From a virus (taxonomy: Duplodnaviria > Caudoviricetes): a stretch of 38,882 nucleotides of DNA. Position numbers and translations under genes: made by a program. This document shows positions 34,425 through 38,882 of this stretch, in pieces. Where the stretch lies: positions 1-38,882 of the IMG/VR virus record IMGVR_UViG_3300005286_000494; one strand, written 5' to 3'. Below the pieces are notes generated by a model, which saw only the letters and a program-made list of their open reading frames with translations, had not been told where the DNA came from and did no database searches. The stretch's first letter is position 1; each line of letters opens with the position of its first letter.

Positions 34425-34709
34425 TCAGCTAAAACAGCGTTGTTCCATCCAATAATGGATGTCGTGCAGTTCCTCCGCCCAGCCCAGATGAACAGGAAGC
34501 GCTGGGCACTCGTAATGGCGCGCAATCTGGAAACAAAGCCAGTCCAGATATTCAGCTAAAATAGGCATCCGCTTGGCCAGATCTTCCAGACTCTTCCAGA
34601 CGTACTCCATTTGTGCATTGTAATCCTCGGCATCGAGCAACTCACTCAGAATCTTCACGATCCGTTGCAGGTCTTGAGTAACGTCGATCTCGCTGGTGTT
34701 GATCATCAT
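34425..34709 (-). CDS. Hypothetical helical protein (94 aa from MMINTSEIDV)
   Basis: GGAGGG RBS before ATG at 34709; coupled to an upstream mini-ORF. Confidence 0.65.
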   Translation of the reverse strand: MMINTSEIDVTQDLQRIVKILSELLDAEDYNAQMEYVWKSLEDLAKRMPILAEYLDWLCFQIARHYECPALPVHLGWAEELHDIHYWMEQRCFS

Positions 34710-34801
34710 CTCTTCCCTCCGTAATTGCCCAGGTTGAAGGTGCGGCCATAGCTGACAGTCGTTTGCGGTCGGACTTCTAAAAACTCCAATTCTTCGCTCA
34801 C
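34706..34801 (-). CDS. 31-aa mini-ORF or gene fragment (MSEELEFLEVRPQTTVSYGRTFNLGNYGGKR)
   Basis: AAGGAG RBS before GTG; ATGA overlap with the next gene. Confidence 0.5.
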   Translation of the reverse strand: MSEELEFLEVRPQTTVSYGRTFNLGNYGGKR

Positions 34802-34816
34802 CGTAGTTCTCCTTGT

Positions 34817-34899
34817 TTGCAATAAATCGATTTTGTGCGTACAATTTGTTCATTCGTTTTGTACGAACAAATTGTACACATATTGAAAGGACTTGTCAA
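34817..34899. promoter_or_regulatory. Face-to-face promoter pair with 13-bp periodic operator repeats
   Basis: Plus strand TTGCAA-17-TACAAT (34817-34845); minus strand TTGACA-17-TACAAT (34899-34871); (T/A)TTGTNC at 34832, 34845, 34858 and 34871. Confidence 0.8.
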
Positions 34900-34919
34900 T
34901 GAGCGGTTTAAGCCATATC

Positions 34920-35123
34920 ATGCGTCGCATGAACAGATACAGAGAACGTCGCACTGTTACGCTAGACAAGCGTACTTGGCAAAACTTGGATCGCCTAGTG
35001 AAAGCTGGGCACTTCACCTTCGCATCGCGTGCGATCGATGTCGCGGTGGAGGAGTACGTGAAGCGGTTGGAACAAGAGGGAAAACTTGAGCCAGCTGCGG
35101 CCCAAGAACCAGAGAAGGAGTAA
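34920..35123 (+). CDS. Ribbon-helix-helix (CopG/Arc-like) regulator
   Basis: RRTVTLD...W..LD.LV..G.F...SRAI..AVEEY. Confidence 0.8.
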   Translation: MRRMNRYRERRTVTLDKRTWQNLDRLVKAGHFTFASRAIDVAVEEYVKRLEQEGKLEPAAAQEPEKE

Positions 35124-35161
35124 AAAGTGACCCAGAGGGGTGTTCCTCCGGGTCAGCCTTT
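35124..35161. terminator. Bidirectional terminator after the RHH gene
   Basis: TGACCCAGAGG-GGTGTT-CCTCCGGGTCA flanked by A and T runs. Confidence 0.7.
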
Positions 35162-35249
35162 CAGTCGGTTGTACAGAAATTATGTGTAGGTTTGCCGCCA
35201 TGCCCTCCAGCGGGGCGGAATGACAATGCTGTTTTTAGAGGTATTAAGG

Positions 35250-35265
35250 CCCATCAGCCACCCCA
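35250..35265 (+). repeat. attR core (displaced tRNA 3' end)
   Basis: Identical to 23-38; followed by a terminator. Confidence 0.92.
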
Positions 35266-35277
35266 CCCAAACTCAAG

Positions 35278-35312
35278 AACACCAACCTCGATTGAGGTTG
35301 GTGTTTTGTTTT
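35278..35312 (+). terminator. Intrinsic terminator, probably the original tRNA terminator
   Basis: AACACCAACCTC-GATT-GAGGTTGGTGTT followed by TTGTTTT, 12 nt after the CCA of attR. Confidence 0.88.
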
Positions 35313-35397
35313 GCCTACGATTCAAGATTCCTTGCGAAGGCGAAAAATGTTAGTATTTTTGGGTAGCCTTATGGGTGCAGACAGCTACCACCTTCTT

Positions 35398-35564
35398 ATA
35401 CCAAATCCGGTTGATTAGGTTCTCTTTGGCTTTCGGCAGGGCGGAACTTGTTTCTTTTTGTTGTGTGAGATTTCGCGCGACAGCGCGAAATCTCACACAA
35501 CCCTTTTCCCGGCTTTTCGTTTTTCTGAGCGAAGAGCATGCACGTCTTTAAACGGATTTGGTAT
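35398..35564. mobile_element. MITE-like element, copy 1 (167 bp)
   Basis: 12-bp terminal inverted repeats ATACCAAATCCG / CGGATTTGGTAT; internal long hairpin TTGTGTGAGATTTCGCGC / GCGCGAAATCTCACACAA; related copy at 37250. Confidence 0.75.
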
Positions 35565-36075
35565 TACGGCGGGCGGGATGTTGATAGCCGTAGGCGGACG
35601 CGGTTTAAGCCCTCGTTGGGGAAGAGACTAAGCCGCCAACAGGCTGTACATATCGAACGGAGTTGTAGAAGACAACGCGAACCGAAGGAAGCGAAGATTC
35701 TGCATAACAAAGGCCAAAAATATACGATTTAATCGAGCAGAAGCGTTATTGCTTTTCGTCTGTAAAACAAATTTGGAGTGTTATCTAAAAAACCTACCTA
35801 GACAAACCTGCCTAAGCGTGTTAGAAAGAGATATAACATCAATCAAAAAGTTTGGTATAAACTCCGAAACGTGCTTAGCCCTATCGCTCGTCTGCCGAGT
35901 TGCATTGGGTCGATTCGGACAGCATCTATAAGCCTCTGATTTATTATTTCCTGACCCCCTCGACTCGTTTAAGAGTTGTAGCATAACCTATTTCAAACAT
36001 TCCAACTCTCTGCACTCTTACATCTCCCTCGACGCACCACAAGTTCTGATAAACCATATAGTCGAGGAGCACAGT

Positions 36076-36713
36076 ATGCGATTCAAAGAGATCTTCATCG
36101 CCATCTTGTTCGTTGTCGCTTTATTAGGCTTGACTCAAATCCCAATGGGCTTTGCACAAAATCTGTCTGCCCTTCATGCCCAGTATCTCCCGGCTGTCTT
36201 CAAGGACCTACCTACACCTACAGCAACGCTTCCGCCTCCGTCTCCCACTTCTCCTGGGCCTACTTTGCCCTTTGTAGAGCTACGTAACGGCTCTTTTGAA
36301 GAGGGCGATACGGTATGGGTGAGCGTCTTTATAGACTACCCGATCATCACTCAGGAGTTTCCGCCCACAGTCGATGCTCATGGCGGTGTATGGGCCGCTT
36401 GGTTAGGCGGCGTCTATGACGAAACAACTGCTGTTGCGCAACGCGTTACAATCCCAACAGATCTATAGATGTAAGGCAGTTTGCAGGGCAGACACGCACT
36501 TTATTCATACTTGCTTCAACTGTTGCCATTCTAAACAGTAACCTGTTTATTGATGATGTTTCCTTTCAAGCAAGCCCAGGCATGGGAAGCGCTCAGCCAT
36601 TAGGATCAGACATCTCTGAAGCTGATGCTCCCTATGAGAATCCCACGCCTGTAACATCAATAGTTGATCTTCCTGAAGGATTGGTTGAGCAGATTCGCAC
36701 AACACTCAAATGA
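36076..36713 (+). pseudogene. Frameshifted paralogue of the secreted protein at 9446-10282
   Basis: Colinear similarity at both ends; the segment equivalent to about 9859-10027 is deleted, giving a stop at 36468. Confidence 0.88.
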
Positions 36714-36863
36714 TGAGCCCTAGGAGGCTTGCATCACTGCGAGCTTGTTAGGCTCGACAGCGACGGCGATGGTAATGGTATGCTCTGCGAGTCTCTGTCC
36801 TGTGCGGTGTAGAGAATAAGGCACGGGTTATTTCCATTAGTAGTAATGACAAAGGAGGTCTAG

Positions 36864-37106
36864 ATGGCAGTTGCAACAGTTGAATATGTTGAGAACGAGC
36901 TTCGTGGCTTAAAGGAAGATCTTGAAGCCCTTAAGAATGGGGTATCACTAAGAAAAATAGTTGCTCTCCCTGACAGGACTACTCGAGAACAGTGTATTGA
37001 TAGGATGAGTGCTGCAATCTCTAGGCTTGAGCAATATGCAAAGGACATTCAAAATGGGAAGTCGATTAAAACCGAAGACGTCGATTTAGCTTCTTGGCCA
37101 ATTTGA
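36864..37106 (+). CDS. Hypothetical helical protein (80 aa)
   Basis: Strong AAAGGAGG RBS. Confidence 0.7.
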   Translation: MAVATVEYVENELRGLKEDLEALKNGVSLRKIVALPDRTTREQCIDRMSAAISRLEQYAKDIQNGKSIKTEDVDLASWPI

Positions 37107-37136
37107 TCCCATTTAGAATGAGCTTTATGCTAAAAA

Positions 37137-37222
37137 GCACAGATACGCTCTATTAAAAAGGGATCGAGAATTCGCTTTGCGTGCTCCTCGATCCCGTATT
37201 TGTGCTGAGTTCTTCAGTTTTA
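37137..37222 (+). repeat. Relic copy of the late promoter/leader with the hairpin interior inverted
   Basis: GCACAGATA...AAGGGATCGAG flank matches about 11908-11941 in direct orientation; the interior matches the reverse complement. Confidence 0.75.
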
Positions 37223-37249
37223 TTAATCGTCGACTTTGCAGAGAACATT

Positions 37250-37456
37250 ATACCAAATCCTGTTAATTACTTACAATTGGGCAGATTCGCTTTTGAACAC
37301 AGGCCTTCGGCAGAGCGGAACTTCTCTTTCTTGATGTGCGAGATTTAGCGCTCAAGCGCCAAATCTCGCACATCACTTTCCCTGATTCTCATTGCGTATC
37401 AATGTCCCTGTTGAAAGATATTTCTAAAAAGAGAACGCTTTAAACGGATTGGCTAT
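37250..37456. mobile_element. MITE-like element, copy 2 (degenerate)
   Basis: ATACCAAATCC ... AAACGGATTGGCTAT ends; shared TTCGGCAG.GCGGAACTT and a hairpin with compensatory changes. Confidence 0.7.
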
Positions 37457-37740
37457 TAGAAGGTCTTATTCTCAAGCTCAAAGCTAAACTCAGCATTCTA
37501 GATTGGCCATCGGCTTAGGAGGAGTATCGAAACCATAAGCTTTTGATCGATGATGGGAAAATAAAGCTACGATTAGATCGACCGTGGTCTCTAGGAGAGT
37601 GTGAAACATCCATCGTGTTGTAGGCGTCATCTAGGTCGAGGTGTTGATCACCGTTGACTTAGGGGGTATAGAGAGCTAATCGCATGAGTATGATCGGCAA
37701 TTGAGCCTTATACTTTAGCTACAACATAGGGAGAATCATA

Positions 37741-38340
37741 TTGAACTTCTTGGAACGTATCGATATCCGTATTGTTTTAGTCCTTGTGGCTGTGACTATT
37801 TTAGCATTGTTAGTTGCACTGTACGTGCTTGTTATTGGAATGATTTCAGGTCCGGCCAAACGACCGCAAACAGCAGCGCTTCGAAATGGACCGCTCACAA
37901 TTGTTCCCGAGTTGCCCACTGCTACGCTTGAAGCTAACGCGGCGATTGCCCTGAATGATGCTCCTAAGCTGCCTACAGTCACGACTAAGGCAACCCTAAC
38001 ACCTAGCCGTACACCTATCACCATGAATGAGTATCTTACAAACGTCGGACTGCTAGTGCGGACTCTGAATACGACTACTCAGGCGCTGGAACCGTTGTTC
38101 AACCAAGAATTAATCAAGGATGGCTTCATTGATGACCCACGAGAGCGGGCCAGCATTGAACTTTCTTTGGAAAATATGCAGCAGTATATTGAGGAGTTCA
38201 GGTTGGTCTATTCGATACCAAGCAAGGCTTCCAGACTCCATGATCTGCTTGTAGTTGCCTCGAAAGATTGCGAGATGATGGTGCCGTATGTCCAAGAAGT
38301 TTTAGACAACCAAGATGCTGAGCTTATGCGGCAAGGATAG
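37741..38340 (+). CDS. Membrane-anchored exported protein (TM helix, Pro/Thr linker, helical domain)
   Basis: GGGAG RBS before TTG; N-terminal hydrophobic helix. Confidence 0.7.
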   Translation: MNFLERIDIRIVLVLVAVTILALLVALYVLVIGMISGPAKRPQTAALRNGPLTIVPELPTATLEANAAIALNDAPKLPTVTTKATLTPSRTPITMNEYLTNVGLLVRTLNTTTQALEPLFNQELIKDGFIDDPRERASIELSLENMQQYIEEFRLVYSIPSKASRLHDLLVVASKDCEMMVPYVQEVLDNQDAELMRQG

Positions 38341-38438
38341 GAGCTACTAATGAGCTGTAGTAGTGGCGTACAAGAAGCGAGCGCGGAACTTGAAGAGCTA
38401 CTAAAATAAAACCTTTAGCGCCATTGGTGGAGTATTGA

Positions 38439-38560
38439 ATATGTTTATTTATAGAAGGGATCGAGAATCCACTTTGCACGTTCCTCGATTCCTTCTTTAT
38501 ATTGTTTAGGGTCTTAGGGCAGCTTTGATTAAGCAAAGAGCACTCCTTGCCGAATCGCTG
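38439..38560 (+). repeat. Second relic of the late leader, extending into a decayed endolysin start
   Basis: AGAAGGGATCGAG...CTCGATTCCTTCT hairpin with inverted interior; CAGCTTTGAT...GAGC...TG matches about 12000-12040. Confidence 0.7.
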
Positions 38561-38651
38561 AAATCAGGGGAAGGTGAACAAGCTGCTTGGGGCTGCTATT
38601 GAGGTGATGATAGAAGGAGGATCGCTCTTTTAATGGGCCTGCTTGTGTAGG

Positions 38652-38882
38652 CTAGCGACGGCGGCGTTCGTAATCATTAATTAATCGCACGATGCCCTCA
38701 TCGCGTAGATGGCTCATAGCGTCGTTCCAGCCTTTTTTATAAAAAATCACAAATGCAAAACCAATAACAATGCCGAGCTGAACAATTGCTGGCAAGTTTG
38801 TGAAATAGTGCCAGATTATTGTAATACCGCCCGCTACCGAAAAGAGCAAGGCATCGATCAGACGCTCTAGCGTTTGTTCCAT
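38652..38882 (-). CDS. Small membrane protein, homologue of 32676-32864
   Basis: Shared WH...LP..VQ......F...Y.KGWNDA. Confidence 0.75.
   Translation of the reverse strand: MEQTLERLIDALLFSVAGGITIIWHYFTNLPAIVQLGIVIGFAFVIFYKKGWNDAMSHLRDEGIVRLINDYERRRR

Larger units (their letters stand above)
23..35265. mobile_element. Temperate siphovirus-like prophage, about 35.2 kb, apparently complete
   Basis: Flanking att repeats; integrase, immunity, replication, lysis, head and non-contractile tail modules; no sheath gene seen. Confidence 0.93.

Noticed and set aside
34839-34877. GTAC/GAAC inverted repeat as an SOS box
   Set aside because: Half-site spacing is 5 nt rather than 4; better explained by paired -10 boxes and RHH operators.
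1-35265. Frequent CGATCG/GATC words as a HIP1-like or methylase-linked signal
   Set aside because: This is a visual impression only; it needs a k-mer count against a Markov background and may reflect host-wide bias.
35538-35984. Short ORFs just beyond attR
   Set aside because: 60-67 aa, no convincing RBS or motifs, and one starts inside the MITE end.
35266-38882. Treating the rest of the window as part of the active prophage
   Set aside because: It lies outside attR and the displaced tRNA terminator and consists largely of pseudogenised relics.

Overview
Most of the window (about 23-35265) is an apparently complete temperate siphovirus-type prophage. It is integrated in the 3' end of a tRNA whose C73 discriminator indicates tRNA-His; the anticodon lies outside the window. 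The host is probably a Chloroflexota bacterium, inferred from 'YLP.V'-type motifs in secreted proteins. A 16-bp repeat (CCCATCAGCCACCCCA at 23-38 and 35250-35265) marks attL and attR, and the displaced tRNA terminator follows attR. Gene order: large serine recombinase; leftward early/replication operon (DUF1064-like nuclease, adenine methylase, DnaC-like loader, initiator with iterons); cro/cI-like switch with about seven operators; AT-richer cargo (secreted protein, HTH plus ImmA/IrrE peptidase); lysis; terminase, portal-MuF fusion, protease, capsid and non-contractile tail genes; then a separately regulated right-end module. Most notable: (1) the right-end module has face-to-face promoters, an RHH regulator and SpdA/DUF2637-like membrane proteins, and ends in a tRNA-His-like RNA with a collapsed 4-nt anticodon loop; (2) attP lies inside the integrase gene, so integration swaps its C-terminus; (3) the late-operon leader has two mutually exclusive hairpins, and its loop is inverted in two relic copies beyond attR; (4) SOS-box-like promoters drive an antisense transcript into cI and an ImmA operon; (5) relics of related prophages and two MITE-like elements lie beyond attR. 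All family assignments come from motif recognition by eye; no database searches were run.
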